Shown: positions 46,558 through 61,761, counted from the first letter of the stretch. The stretch: DNA of 64,000 bases from Lingula anatina (GCA_051362555.1 CM120646.1:868001-932000); one strand, 5' to 3'. A program made the numbers and translations. The notes: a model not told the origin generated them from the letters alone.

Positions 46558-48709
46558 CGGAATCTTTTCTCCTCCTTGATCCAAGTGAAGTGCAGTCATC
46601 CACGTAAATAGAAAATAGTGCGTGTTTTATATAAAAATAGAGACAAAAGCTGGTTGCTTTATATAATGAAGAACGATTTTGTGAAGATTAGAATGATTAC
46701 CTGACTAATATAGAAATAACTGACATGTATCGCCCGTTACTCACCGTGCAGCAGTTGCTTATAGATGCTTACTTTTATGTCTAAAACAATAGAGCCAAAC
46801 TAGTGCTTCAAGACTTTCTTCGGAAGTGTATAAAAGGATTTGCAGTCATATGCACCAAAAGCAGGTGCGTGCTGAAGAATCTTTAAGAAAGCGCAATTGC
46901 CAAGTAACATCTTATTACTTATTACCGAAGATAAATTGGTTCTCCTATTGACTGATATCAGAACAGAGATTCTGACTGGCAGAATTCCAATAAGATCATT
47001 TACTAATTACCTTTTAAACCTCACATTGTCATCATACCGGTATTTAAAACTTTCAATGACAAGTGATTGAGCGTTCCAGTAGATATATGTCGTAGCAATC
47101 TGGATGAGTTGTGACTGTTGAAGCTTTGAGACATTGTCCAGAATGATTAATGTTCCGATTGCAATTTTAAATTCAAAAAGGAAAATCGCCTGTGTCACTC
47201 TGGAACATTCATCAACGCTCTCCTGAGAGACAACTAGCAAATGTTCCGATCTGGTTTACGATGGGCATTTAATTAATGGCTTATCAAAAGCACAATGACA
47301 GACAAAAATTATGGACTTCATACGTCTCAGACAGGAAATTATGATTCTAGAATCTTGCAAGATAAAACGCTTTAGATAACTGATAGATCTCAGTTATTTA
47401 GCAGAGTGGCACAGTGTTCAGTCTTTTTGTCTTCAGTCGACGGTGTTCTAAGCTGGTACACGCTCACAATGTATAGCTCTAAGCAAAGGTAATGACTCGA
47501 GGTTTCCGTATCCAATAACTATGTCTGCCTTACATGAACATTTCATAAATAAATTGGTGATCGACAGAACAGAGCACTTTGACATTTTCAATGTATGGCT
47601 TTGAAGACATAAAGCACTATGTTATTAACATTATCTGATTGTCCATGTTAACTATTATACATAATGAAAATTGATGGTGACAATGTTGAGAAGAATTTTG
47701 TAATATTGCATCAAATTGACAAAATAACATATTTTGCAAATTATTTTTTGCTTCTAAGTATTTGCATTTGACAACTTTGCCGTCTTGTTAACTTTTCGTG
47801 GTGCAACTATTTAAAAAGTATGGGGAAATTTAGGGCATTCACAAATTCTTTTTGGGTCTCAGAGCAGACCCTTTTTAAATTTTATTTTGTAGAAAATGGA
47901 TGCTGAATTTGTTGTCTGGGTAAAAAAGGGGGGGCGTGGCCTTTTTGTTCCCCTCCAGCTCCCCATGTATCAGCGTTTAGTGTTGTTCTGCAATAATATA
48001 AAGGACACGTAATCAAGAAAAAACTTTTAATCATAATTATAGATCTACCTGAGTTTATGTTACTCACATTACCAATTCCGATTTACTCAGTGTAATATTA
48101 ATTTCAGCTTGTTCTTCTGTGTAACTAGGAGATGTTGTCCTTATTGAATTTCTAATAGTTTGACGGGGCTGGGAGATCGCGGCTTCACCAGTGAATGGCA
48201 TTTGAGTGTGTGCTAGCAGTAAAAATATGAGAAACTGATACAGACAAGTGAAAAAAAATGAGATCAAATAACTCATGACTCATTAGTTGTTAACAGAGTG
48301 GATTTACACCGCTAATCATGCGTGTTACAGAGGATTCAGAAAGTGTTGTAATACAATGAAAATTCACTGAAAGAGGAGAGACAGCGGCCCAGAGTGGCTG
48401 TGTGCTATTTAAATGACATGCAGTTAAAGAGATAATTTCACCGAAACATAATTGCCGTTTTTGTTGACATTTAAGGACACAGGTGTCGAATAGCTACTGT
48501 CTGATCGATTACCGGCGTGTTGATTTAAAGTGTCGGTCTCCATCATGTTACAGAGTGTTTGGAAAGTATTGGATTACATTTCAATAACGGAGTTTTCGCA
48601 CCCACATGTATTCTCTTAAAGGCAATGTTTCAAACATTTATCAATAAAATTTACTTGTCCTGTGATGCATACTAAAATATCAGATAGATTTTCCAGCAAA
48701 TTGATCGCT

Positions 48710-48747
48710 TTGTGTATGTATGAGTGTGTGGGTTTGTCTGTGTGTCT

Positions 48748-48783
<36 letters not shown>

Positions 48784-48965
48784 TGACGTATGAGTGTGTG
48801 TGTCGTCTGTGTTGTGTGTGTATGTGTGTGTGAGTGTGTGTCGTGTGTGTGTATGTGTGTGTCGTCTGTGTTGTGTGTATATGTATGTGTGTGTGTGTGT
48901 GTGTGTCGTGTGTGTGTATGTGTGTGTCGTCTGTGTTGTGTGTTTGAGTGTGTGTAGTGTGTGTA
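48710..48965. repeat. Complex (GT)n-rich low-complexity tract
   Basis: Direct reading; recurrent GTCGTCTGTGTTGTG subunit. Confidence 0.9.
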
Positions 48966-51487
48966 CTTTTCTTCCGTATGATAATGATCAGTCCTTAAAA
49001 TAATGAGCTGGTTAGGCTTCAGAGGTGGTAGGGGTGGGGTGGTGGCGTATATCCGCCATTTTGACTTAGAAAAGGGAACTGTTCCCCTGGGCCATATTCA
49101 GTAATGGAGAGGTTGTAGCACTCACCAGACTACCGGAAATTAAACCTAATGATGTCATCGTATTAGTAGAGATTCATCAAGGAAGATAGAATTTCTCCAT
49201 TATCTCGTTTTGTGCCGCCTTTCTTTTTATAGTGCCCATACAGCGTACACAAAACTGATCAGTGACGCAAGTCAACTGTTTTGCATATCAATTTAGTAAA
49301 TTGTTTGAGGATGGCTTTTTGGCTCTATTACTCCAGATCACATCTATTTGCGAAGGAATTTACCAATTTCTATCATTTTCAGCACGTTTTTAATGTGGAA
49401 TAATCCTACTGAACGAAGTGATGCGTTGCCTTGTGATCGTTCTATAATCGGCTTTAAATATTTTAAACGTTTTCACGGCGTTCTTAATTTTTATGGCTGA
49501 AGCAGATCATTATCTCGGCTTGCCAACAGCGACATGGGCGTAATCTGAGTGCAGCAACACAAAACTCAACTGAACGAGTGGTTTTGTAGTTGATATCTGC
49601 AACGCATTTGCACTCATTTTAAAGTTTATTTGAAAGGTTGTAATAAACAAATTGCGCAATAATAACACTGTTGAATATTTGGTTTTCTTATTTTTGAAAA
49701 AAATATCGTATAAGAGTGCCACCGGACCGTGTAATTGCATGTCACCTAAGGGAAATATTATGTGACTGTTGTTGTCTATTAGTTTATATTATATTATATG
49801 ATCAATTTTTGCACGGCAATATATCTACGGAAAGAGAACCTACCTTAAAACACCGGGAAATGCTTCTCCATGTTTATAAATATTTACCATTGTATCATCA
49901 CTATTGCATTTTTATGTTTTCTGTGTTGTGATGGGCGCCTCGGATGACAGTGCATTGTTAAGTCAATAAAACGTTCTATGTTATGGTGCTATAAACGTGT
50001 TTATGCCTGGCCATCTTCTCTCACTTCTGTGCAATTTTCCCATTTGTTTTTGTTACGTTATCGATATAATACTGGTCGCACGGAACGCATGTTTATATTC
50101 AATTATCATAATTAACTTTTCGTAAAGCATAATTGAAAAATCGAAATCATGCATTTGTCTTTATTATGATTATTCCATCTATTCATCACAGAATTAATTT
50201 GGGTTACGTTTTATTATGCGTTATTGCTCAGCGACACTGTATATTTCCCACAAGGGAGCGAATTCTTAAATCAGAAATTCACTCGATTGTGTTTTTCTTT
50301 AATTATGTTTCTTGATTATCTGGAGGCTCATTTGCCAAAGATAACAATGCACCCACATGACAGTGTTTTGTAATATCCAGAGGATGACAAATTACTACGT
50401 TAATAAGTTTCTCATCAGTGAGATAATGACGATCTTTAACTCTTATTGCTTTTGAAATATGCACTTGTTCTTTTGATGTATCTTTGTGGGTAGTGCTTGA
50501 CGTCGGTGCAGAAAATGAAAGCCGCCGTTTTAGACTAATTTTATTGTGAAAAAAATTCCATAAAAACAAAGGACATTGGTTGTCATCAGTTCATATGTAA
50601 ATTAAGCAAGAAATGTTAGAATCAATTTTCCAGGAATCTAATTGTTTCCGCAGCTGAAATTTTCTTTGAATTAGTAAACCAATATGACACGTATCTCCCA
50701 GAACTTGGTGATGTTAGAACAGCACGACTAATTGGAAACGTGAGTTATATTTGGTGCTTGGTTGTCAGCCAACATCCGTGTCTCTGTTAACTTAACAACA
50801 CTGATTATACAGTGATTGTGAGGAAGTAAGCAGGCATATAAAACCTGTACATGAATAAAAACAAGAAAGATAGATAAAGAAAAACTTATAAAAGCTTTAT
50901 GCATGATGAGGCCAAGGGCCTTACCACATAGCCGACAGCGGGTGACAACATCTACTGGAATTAGTCTGACGAGGACCCCTGTCCATGTCTGCCGCGTGCT
51001 GACTGCTAGGGAAAATTCCAGCTTGTGTATATTGTGATAATCATATGATTCAACAACCAAGCTTATGAACGTTTTACTGATTAAAAAATGCTTTCACGCC
51101 GTGCCGTTACGTAAAGATAGAAGTGATTAATTAAAAGTGTTTCCCAAGAAAAAACAATAAGTGTTATCTGTCGTGTAGCTAGAGTGAATGCAAAAGGCAG
51201 ATTATAATATACCAGTCATAGCTGTTAAAACCAGATAAGGACATAATATGCGATTTTTTATTGGGAAACTGCCGGAGATCTCCTGATAAAAATGTTCAGA
51301 AATGCGTGTTAAAACGTGCCTTTGGTGCCGGGAGCGTGAAGTTAATAACGGCAGACAACTCCACGCAACAAATCTTGAAGTTGGCGTTTTTCTTTTGTTT
51401 TTCCACATCAAGGTGTAAAACTTTAGAATATTACGAATGTCTGTCAGCATTCGTTTGTTTCTTTGAATTTGGTTCCTCAAATATAAA

Positions 51488-51668
51488 CAGGCCCGTAGGC
51501 CGGGGGGGGGGGTCGAGTGTTCGAAAGAACAACCCGTTTTGCTGGGAAAAGGTCCACTCTGGGTAAAAATTGATGTATATACTTGAGAATTTTAGAATTT
51601 TATGGTAAAAAGTCCACTTTTTCATGAAAACGACCCCCCCCCCAATGAAATTTCTGGCTACGGGCCTG
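51488..51668 (+). mobile_element. Short-TIR element CAGGCCCGTAG.../...CTACGGGCCTG (hAT-like), family E copy 1
   Basis: 11-bp perfect TIR; interior AAAGGTCCACTCTGGGTAAA shared with 54884-55175. Confidence 0.8.
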
Positions 51669-51925
51669 ATAAAAGACGCCAGCGGCTGCACTTGCTACTG
51701 GAAAGCTCTGTCGTTTCTACTCAAAAATCTCAGGTGTGACCGAATAAGCAGAGGAGCTGCGCATGCGCAGAACAGTCACCAAGCAAAGGCCGCCTATTGG
51801 TCGTTACAAAGTGATACGTTCTTTCAGTATTGACACAGAAGATCCACACTCGGATAAAATAATAGAATAAATATTAATGACACTAACTGAATCTCCATTG
51901 ACTGGGTTCAGGGAAAGAGTAAAGC

Positions 51926-51926
<1 letters not shown>

Positions 51927-51990
<64 letters not shown>

Positions 51991-52088
51991 CAAGGATACG
52001 AATAAATGAGACTTATCTCTCCATTTTATTAAAAAATGCCCTACGGCCGTTTCGGAGCACTTTTTCATGGTGTATTGACTTTATTCTC

Positions 52089-52145
<57 letters not shown>
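51927..52145. repeat. Two (AT)n microsatellites bracketing a ~105-bp unique segment
   Basis: (AT)n at 51927-51985 and 52091-52145. Confidence 0.9.
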
Positions 52146-52150
<5 letters not shown>

Positions 52151-52539
52151 TTGTTTTGTTTTCTTGTCGATATCTACATGTACCATTTCTAGATTATTCT
52201 GCTTCTGTTTTCTGTTCATTGATTTATATTCCTTTACTTTCCCTCCTTTCCTTTTTTCACCGTGATTACCTGTCGTTATAAGACTTCACAGGGAGAGAGC
52301 CCACTGATTCAACCGACGACCTCCTCCTTCCTTCCTGACACCTGAAGGAATACATGAAAGATTTCAAAAGCGAGATAGAATATCTAGCGATGCTTGTGGT
52401 CGTTTGCCTCTTTATGACCTTTTAGAGATGCTAAGGATTCAAAGCATTATTTTCCACCACATCTCTTTCTTTGTTCTATCCAAAGATATTGATATCTTTG
52501 AATTTTTGTGATTTCTTTCTCCGTGGATTGGGGGGGGGG

Positions 52540-52702
52540 GGGGCGGATCCAGAGATATTTTCTGACAGTCTTCCAAATAATCTTTGTTGATCCACCCATT
52601 TTTTACCGTCTTCCGACAGAAAAAAATAGATACCCGTCAATGTAAACTTTAAAATCTGACCGTTTTCCGGAAGACCCAGAAGACGGCCTCCGTCCGCCCC
52701 TG
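52540..52702 (+). mobile_element. Family D copy 2
   Basis: GGGGCGGATCCAGAGATATTTTCTGACAGTCTTCCA ... TCCGCCCCTG. Confidence 0.75.
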
Positions 52703-54883
52703 ACTCCGTGTCAGGGCCCCGTAGGCACGCCACATGCATAGAATTTCTATCACACGCAGATTAAATGGACAGCAGTGAAAAAGACAAAATGGGCGAATAT
52801 TTGTCTCAAAGCATTGCACCAAAGAAATTCGAATTACGCAGTTCTTGTTATTAGATCTGAGCTTACGAAAGACAACTTTGCATTAAATTTGTTTTGTACT
52901 CCAATATACATCTAGATCAGAAACTGTATTGACGAAATGGAATCGGTTTCGTTTGGTTTGAACACTTGGGAGTTTCTTCTCTGCGGTGGTGAAATAACTC
53001 ATTTAATGTGAAAAGTTCACCAGTTTGCAATAAACTTAAGTACCTATAAGCGTTCATGGCACGCTATGTAACTGCATAAATAAAGTATGCAACTGGAAAT
53101 AAAATGAGAAAAACCATTTACAGCAGTTAATATGTTATCCCTAGTGCATTACTTCTGATCTAAATGACTGATATTAGAGCAGAGAGTAACTGCCCACATA
53201 TAGCGAATATTAACTTCTCATATGTCAATGGGTTTACGCACTCCATGGTGTTAAAGTATGAGGATCTTTAACAACGAAACACATAAGTATTTTTCTCCTT
53301 GCCCCAAGGGATACATCAAATTTAGACGTGGCCTGAGTATTGAATAGCCTTAGAACCACCCCACTTTTACCAGTATTAATATCTTAGAAATTGCTTCAGA
53401 GAAATTGGGCACAGAAGGAATCTGGGGACAATTTTTCGAGTGTTTGTCAGCTAATATCTAGGTTCGCTGCAACTTTCATTTCAAGTACACTTGTAAATTT
53501 TGCGAAGACAACTTGTAAGGCACTATCAATGAGTGACAGCTGCAGGGAATCAGCCCCAGAGGAGAAAAAAAAACAGTTTTACATAAAGACTTGTTAAAAA
53601 AATACGTATTCTGTTAGCATACCGCCTACGACTTGCCTCCCTTCTTTCTCTCTTTACAGAAACTTTTGTACCACCCTGTAGGCCATTAACTTGGCTTTCA
53701 ACATGGTTAAATCATTGGCTAGAAGGAAATGCGACAACCCGCAGAGAAATCTATTTTGACTATTGTATCTTCTGGGTTTAGATAACTTCCTGACGTTGGC
53801 ATACGTTTATCTGAGTCTTAGAAAGTTAAGAAGCTGTCATTTACGTGATTGCTATCAGATTTTAATCCTGCATTCCAGAATTCCCCTTGAAGAATCAGAG
53901 GAATGCATTGAAGACGTGGATGTGGCGAAGTGAAGAACCTACAAGTAAGTAAAAGTAGTCGTTTCATTTATTAATGATGGTTTTAAAGGGACGTGTGCCG
54001 ATATTTGAAATTGTATCTAAAACAGAATATACCATAAACCGCGTTAATAGACTGCTAGTCATTTATCTTGCAGAATGATTGAATATATTTTACAAAAAAG
54101 AGCTTACATCACCTTATAATAAACATCTTCACAAAAATAATAAAAGGAAAAAAGAAAAATACGTTATACTCCAATCGCTTCATTATTATTTACCGAAAAT
54201 AGTTAACATTTGAACCACTATTAATCATGCTTCACATTCCATCGACGGGTTTTCATAACGTGCATAAATCTTTTTTGCTATAATATCTTAAAGTAACCCA
54301 AGTTATCATGCCATCGTTCATTATCTGCTTTAGTAATTAATTTCTGTCACCAAAATGATCAAATTAAACCTTGCAGTATGAATGGGCGTCATGGCACGGC
54401 GTTTCTCCATGACAGAGCATCAACTGCCGCTGATAAGATTAAAGACAGTGCGGTTAATGTGGGTGCATCACATATCGTGACAACGGAGTCAATCATTTCC
54501 TTATTTGATGAAATAAAATTACAGTACTGGGCAATTGATATTATTTCAGCACTAACATGATTGCTATAAGTTCTTATGCAGTTTGCGACCAATTAGATGC
54601 ATTTGCATGGCCACTATTAGGTAGTCCCTGTCAATGGGGACAGTGATGCTTTTGAATATTTCAGATTAAAACAAACGCGATGACAATGTCAAGCTTGCAC
54701 GGTTTTGCGGATTAAGCAAGCGTTTATTTGTAAAGCGCACTGCCGCTTAAATAGCTTACCATGTCGATGATATCGCTTTTCTGCGGATGAAACTCCCATT
54801 ACAGTGTCAATCAACATCAACGATCTCGACATTATTAAATGCCTTAAATGTATTGCCTTATTCGACTGTATTACGTTACCAAC

Positions 54884-55175
54884 CAGGCCCGTAACCAGGG
54901 GGGTTCTTTCACGCGATTCTCAGAAGTTATCTGAAATTCTGAATATCTGAAGTTATCGGACCGTTTGTGCATACATGCAGATGGAGCCATCTTAAGATTA
55001 AATATTCATAATGTGAAATTCGGTGTGCGTTGAAAAAACAATAACCATTTCCCTTTTTGCTGGGGAAAGGTCCACTCTGGGTAAATTTGATCTAGGTAAA
55101 CTAAGATTTCATGATAAAAAGGTCCAATTTTCAGAAAAAGAACCCTCCCTTTTGCAATTGTTTGCTACGGGCCTA
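54884..55175 (+). mobile_element. Family E copy 2 carrying a ~140-bp internal insert
   Basis: CAGGCCCGTAACC ... GCTACGGGCCTA ends; insert 54910-55051 is similar to 55593-55706. Confidence 0.7.
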
Positions 55176-58100
55176 CTAATGTTGTCAACGGCTCGAAATA
55201 CACATACCTATAATTGTTGCGTGGGCGGGGCTCCCTGGTTCCAAAATCATGGTAAATAGACTACGATTAACTTTCATTATAAAGAACCCACCTGGTGATA
55301 GATGATAGCACTCTACACTTCCGACAATGACTGTACCATCATATGTTAGCTTGGAGTGTCGGTCGCCGCTAATTGCATTTAACAATACTGATTCAATAAC
55401 AGCACTTGGGTTTAACAAGCATACTCATCAACGATGTCAGAGCAGCTATCATAAATGTTGATATGACAAATGCGCATAGCTATGATGTATTAATGACAAT
55501 ATCTGATACCAGTTGCCTTATTTTTGATGGTCTTTGTTATCAGCTAAACTACTTGCCAGAGGTTTATTATAAAGAGGATGTTAGGAAGATAGCACGCGAT
55601 TCTCTGAAAAGAAGCCGTTTTTTGCATACATGTAGATCTAGGCATCGTAAGATTAGATCTTCTTAATGTGAAATTCAGTGTGCGTTGAAAAAGCAATAAC
55701 TATTTCTTGGAATCGCGCTCCACAATCGTCTGGGTGATATCAGCTCAGAAAGATTATTCTGCCCCTGTATACAAGTCTGGTGCTATATTTTTCTGCAAGG
55801 CAAACCCGACAGTATCAAGAATTTGCATTACTTACCGACATTAATTTTGAAGAAATGGTACTTATTCATTTGCACATTTAAGTCAGGTTACCCAACATTA
55901 TGATTTTGGTATCGAAAGCATGCATGGTCTGATAATGATGTTTCTCAGTGGTTTCCCCATCCTTATTACTCCTATAATTCGTACCTGACTGGTAACCAGA
56001 GTGTTTCTTTGTGTGTTTTGAGAAAAGCCAGTCATATTGATTTCAAACGCTGCCATCAGAACCAGAGTCCATTATCAAAGTTTGTTCCTAAAGTGTTTTC
56101 AAAATCCTAGTTATCGTTATGATAATCCTGGTGGTTAACAAGTGTTCACTCCTAACTTCTGGATGTTTTGAGAAAAGACAACATTGCTCCCAATTGTGAA
56201 TGTGGTAAGTGTTGAAAAACAAACTTAATTTGATAATGGGTACAATTTCTTCTAACCACACTGGAATTTTCTCAAAATATCCAAGGATACACGCGTGTAA
56301 CGAGTAGCCGATATGTATGCATTAAATAGCTATCAAAGATCTAAAAACGAATCAGGATAACCTTTTTTCTCTCCTTTTTTTAAAAGCAAAATGCTCTTAG
56401 CTTTTATTTGGTAAGTGGTTAAAATTCATAACTGACCCTAGGGAAACTTTATGTCGTTGTTTATATGCTCAAAAATCGCATAAACTGTGAAGCTGTCACC
56501 CTCTCCCTTTCAACCTCCTGAAAACGTAGCTGCTCTGTTCGTTAAACATAATGTTTAAAATGAAGAATTGCAATCCGTGTTTATAGAGAGTGGCTGCTTG
56601 TTTACCAAATAATCAGTTTTTTCCTCTCACATTCCTGCTGGTCACAAACTCTGTGTCAGGCAAAGAGACACCAGATAGCTGTTTTCTGACGAGACTCGAT
56701 TTGTTAAGAAGCTATCTCATCAGTAACTGCTCACGTGGACGTTATAGATGTTGTATAGTCTCGTTGTATATTTATTATATCTTTTCATAGAATGACAAAT
56801 TGTGGCAAAATATTAGCAAATCGGTTCCACGTGAATAAATGACAACTCGAGACCATGCGCCGTGAAAACAAAACTGTATTAAACACCGATGTACTAAATC
56901 AAGACGCACCGGTTTTGGATACCAGGGAAAGAATGACAGGTGTCATTTCCATCCGTGATCTTTGCTAAAACCCACGCCTTCCTGTTCCTGAGGCGAGTAA
57001 TTTACCAACAGAGTCATGCAGTCAATATCAATAAGGCTACACTCTGCACGTCATTCTCGAATTCTTTTTTTATCAACTCGGCAGGAGATTAGCAACCTTT
57101 TCCAAATAAAGATATGTCAAATCAAAGAGAAATGGTTTCACTCTACTTATCTCCTGTCTATTTGTGATGCAGCTTGCTTATTTTTAGATTATAAAAGTTT
57201 ACAATAATTGGAGAGATTTAAGACAAGAAAAAATTGTAAGATAAGCCAATCTCGTGTCAGTTTTATTGATTTTATAGATGAGTTTCAGCTAGACAGCATA
57301 TCAAGTTTTTTGTTTTGTGGCAAAGTGTAGTGATGCGATTTGCTCGGTTGGGAAGAAAAGTTTATTACTGCAACTATTGGATAAACGATTTGGTTTCATT
57401 GTTTAGAATGAACTGCTGTACTGCATCTGAGAGGTATTTGGGCGGTTTTGTGTTTAAATTAAATAACTCAAACATAACCTCAATGTGTTATGTCTATATC
57501 ACCAGCTGTATATGACAAGCATTGTGATTTTAAAAGTGATGGAAGAAAATCTGGAAAATTCAATAGTTCAATTGGGAGATGCACATCCAGGGAGCGTAAT
57601 CGAAAGTGAATTTGTTCAATGCATCTAATTGATACAATATCTTGTCCCGATGCTTCTTAGCTTTTTTTATTTTGCATGTTGACGAACTTACTCACGTATG
57701 CCCTTTGGGATGTGAAATGTCCTCATTGTGTATCGGTATTGATATTATGAGACACAGACTGCAACGATATTTAACTAGAATCTGATACGGGGAAAGGTAC
57801 AGCGTAGGCTAAATGCACAAACTAGCTCGGGACCTGGTTTACTGAGATGTCTTCCGCGTGTAATCGCATAGCAATTATCTGGTTCAATTAAACAAGCACT
57901 TGGTCCTTTTGGCCATCTTTAACGATATAAAAATAAAGCAAGAGACGTGTTCTAAAAAAGCTGGGTCTCGGATTAAATGTATAAGCCATGAGTAATGGAA
58001 GTCGCATACTGTCTCCTAAACAGTTCATGTTTTTGCCCTAAAGGAATTTTTAGCGCCGAGTACAATTTAACTTTACTGTCAGCATTAAGTGTATCCCAAT

Positions 58101-58717
58101 TCCCAAGAGATCTCTTGTTTGGTAAGTGCCACTCTTTCCTGAAAATATCATTTCGGCGTTCGTTGTTGATTGAGCTTTTTAGGGTAATGCACACCTTAAA
58201 TGGTAGACCCTTGTATAATAGCCGAATGTTGATACTTAAAAAAGCTTTTAGATTGGTATCGATTATTATTGTTTAAATGCGAAGTTGGTTTATTGTCTTT
58301 TGATGAATGGTCGACAATATTTCATATCGAATATAAAGTAAGTGCACGTCAACATGGTGTATCAGTTCATAAAGAGAACAAAGTTCTGTCGACTCATGTT
58401 ACAGGAGGGGCGATTAATCACAGCCTGGAAAAAGTTTGAGCGAAGTTTGAGCAAGCCTAGCTTGTTTGACCGTTCTGTCTTCGCACATTTATATATGCAG
58501 TCATGTTGTGCCTTCAAATGTTGTACGTTTGACCGACATTCATATTATGGTGCTGCTCTTTGACAATACAAGCAACTTTTGAACTTTTGGCGCTGTCTTG
58601 ATATTGAACTCTTGCCTCCATCAATCAAACTTATCCGTCGGTCTATTGAACGTTGCTCCTTATACACATTCATATAGAATTAGATGAAATATGTCATCAT
58701 ACTGACGTAGAAGGAAA

Positions 58718-58965
58718 CAAGGCCTGGGTGAACTCCCATTATATTGGTATAGAAAGAACATGTATATACTGGACCCAAGGCTGGATGAACGCCCATTATA
58801 CTGGTATAGAAAGAATAGATGTATACTGGACCCAAGGCCTGGATGAACACCCATTATACTGGTATAACATGTGTATACTGGATCAAAGGCTTGTGTGAGC
58901 TCCCATTATACTAGTATGAGTGTCCAAGTGTGTCCCAGCGTGTATAGTGTGCCCAAAGCCTTGAT
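58718..58965. repeat. About 57-bp minisatellite, ~4 copies decaying rightwards
   Basis: CAAGGC.TGG.TGAAC.CCCATTATA.TGGTATA...ATACTGGA is repeated. Confidence 0.88.
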
Positions 58966-61761
58966 CTTATAAAAGTTGTGTTCACGTTGCATTCGTAAAA
59001 CAAGTAAATAACCTCCAGTTCTCTGTTTACACTCATGCAGCATGGGTTAATTTGAACTCACTATTTCTCTCCCAGGCCCAGATGTATCCGTTTGATTATC
59101 TATCGATTCTGGCTCTTTTCATTACTGCAGAAAGAATCCCTTGAAATGAACTTTTTTTGACGAATCCCACTCAACACCTGGGGAAAATAATTCCTTCTCT
59201 TTTTACACACACAAACACACACACCATGCAGAAGTGGAATGCATTCGTCACACACGGCAATCTTGCAAGTTGTAAACAAACGTTTAATTGAAGTCAGTGC
59301 CTGCTTAACAGAACTCAAAGCCAAATAGACGATAGTGTGAAAAGAAAATAATTTACTTTCCTTGGGTTTCTCTCCCAATTATTATTATCAAATCGTAATT
59401 GTAATTTTAGTCATTATTATTTGACATTGAGGTAATGTACAGGAGGTGGCATAATAGGGAAACATTGAAATAAAAGTAGACATTTGATGTTTTTTTCAAA
59501 AAAAAAAAGTTCTTCGGCTTATTTAATTTTCTGAGTAAAGTACCATTTCATTGGTGTTTTAATACTTTTTAACAATCGTTTCAGTGTCTTTTTGACGCCA
59601 GTTCTTTTATTGAATTCATCAATGGAGCATTACAGAAATACATTTTTAAATTAAAAGCGGCCATTAAATGCATTGTTTAGATGTTAATATTTTCGAAATT
59701 ATCATCAGTTTAAGATTTATACACGACGCATAAGACATTCATATCAACGTTTAGAAATAGTCTGCAGCGTGTTACCTCTTGGTGCTGCTGCCAGTGCTCT
59801 CAAGGGGACTTCTTCTGATAGGTTACATTGATATTTTATCCGAGTCGGTATTCCTGGCATTAGTGCTATAGTTTATCTGAGTTGCTACAGATGTGTCTAA
59901 GGACCAGTAAACCGTTGATGTGGCGAGTTGTGATTGGCCACAGATTCTGTATGGGGTTCATATTTGAGGATCTTGGTGGCAGCGGTGGCTTCTCAACCCC
60001 TTGATTCTGCAAGTAATATGCAATTGCAAGTGTTCCGCGTGGATGGGCATGTTTAGAATTAAATTATTCCTATTGTGCTCTCTAGCAAAAAAGATGCAGC
60101 TGGTTTCAGAATATCCCTTTATTTGACGGGGATCAGGTTTATATCGATGATTACCAATGGGGTTTTGGCACCAACTAGAATTTCGCTCTTAACACAGATG
60201 CCCCGACAACCTCCAGACAATCTAGGAGCGACACCAACTTCGTTATGGGAAATTTCAGGTATTCTGCCAACTGTAATTTGACCAAATAAAATTTGAACCG
60301 CCTGGATAGGTCCAAATGCTTTTAAAGAAAATGGATTTGTGTTATGGCGCAATAAAAAATTGTAATCGAAGTCTGGGGATAATTACGTAAGTGTCTGTTT
60401 AACATGATTAGAATTTTTAGAAATTCAGGTGGCGTTTTCTGGGAGTTTATATTTTGTCTACGTAGACTCACTGCTCCTGCCAGTGCAGAGGTTGTGTTCG
60501 TCTGCTCTGGTTTGACGGAAAGATGTCCAAATGAGTAGCACCGGCGATGACACGTGAGAGTTGAAGCAAGGTAAATGTGGTAAATATTGAAATGGTGTTT
60601 CATGTTTTTTCTACGAAAATTGGGGCGTAAATCGTGTTACAAGGGAGACGTTGTCCGTGCAAAGTTCACCGGGGTCGATCCACAAACCATGTATCAAATG
60701 ACTGATTCAGTTATCTGGTACATGAAGGTGTTGCAGACAACAAATATCATTTAACATGACAAACATTCTCAACCAAAGTCTCCATATTGGCAGAAATGCG
60801 TGGACAAGTTCACTCGGTGAAAAGAATATCATGTAAAGATTGCTTCACCGTCTAACCCATCTACTTAAGTTACCGGCATTAACATCGTCTGCTTCGAGCG
60901 TATGACTTGTTCTGAAATGACATGATGGGATTGTGACGAACTGTCACTTTCGTGCGGCTTCATGGCGTTTTCTCGTCTTTTTTTTTTTGGTCATCTCAAT
61001 GTGTCATTTTGTTAATAACTCTCATCATAAGGTTTCTCACTTCAGGAAATACCTGTCGTTCATCTGGATTCCGGACCTCAGTTGCACTCAAAATTGATTT
61101 TACTAAAGCGTTTTATGTTTAACATCAGAAATAAGACGCCAAATTGCAACCGTTTGCTCAATTATCTCTCTATAATATCGTCCATTGATCGCATAATACA
61201 TGTTAATTTGAGTCAGAAGAAACATCAAGTATAGTTAATTAAGGCATCATGCCAGTGCAACCAAATACTAATGCAAATTTTAATATATCCATATCCGATA
61301 CCAATACCTTTATTGCGAAAATGTTAATCAAGTTTTGGTTAAGAAGACGGCAACGACAGTCTACTCAAAGACAAACAACGGAGAACCTGAATCGGATGAA
61401 GCCTGATTCAGCGGACCCTCAACTGTTGATTAACGGCATATGTGATAATTTTCCAAAAAAAAAAGAGGGATGTACATGTACCATTAACACTGTACCAAAA
61501 TTTGCAAGACTCGAATCTTCGAATCTGGACTTCGAAATCATGAAAACGGTTGTCTGGAGCCTTTTGTAGCATTTGGTTTTATATTAAAAAATATTCGGAA
61601 ATTTAGTTTTGTTTACAGCATCAATGAATATATACTAAGAATACCTTAACTTATGGTACTGGTCAGTGTGTATGAGTTAAAATCCACCAAACCTACTCAA
61701 TGAACATAGGGGTTGCTTGCTGTTATGGAATTATTGAATGGGCTCTTCTGTTTATGAATCT

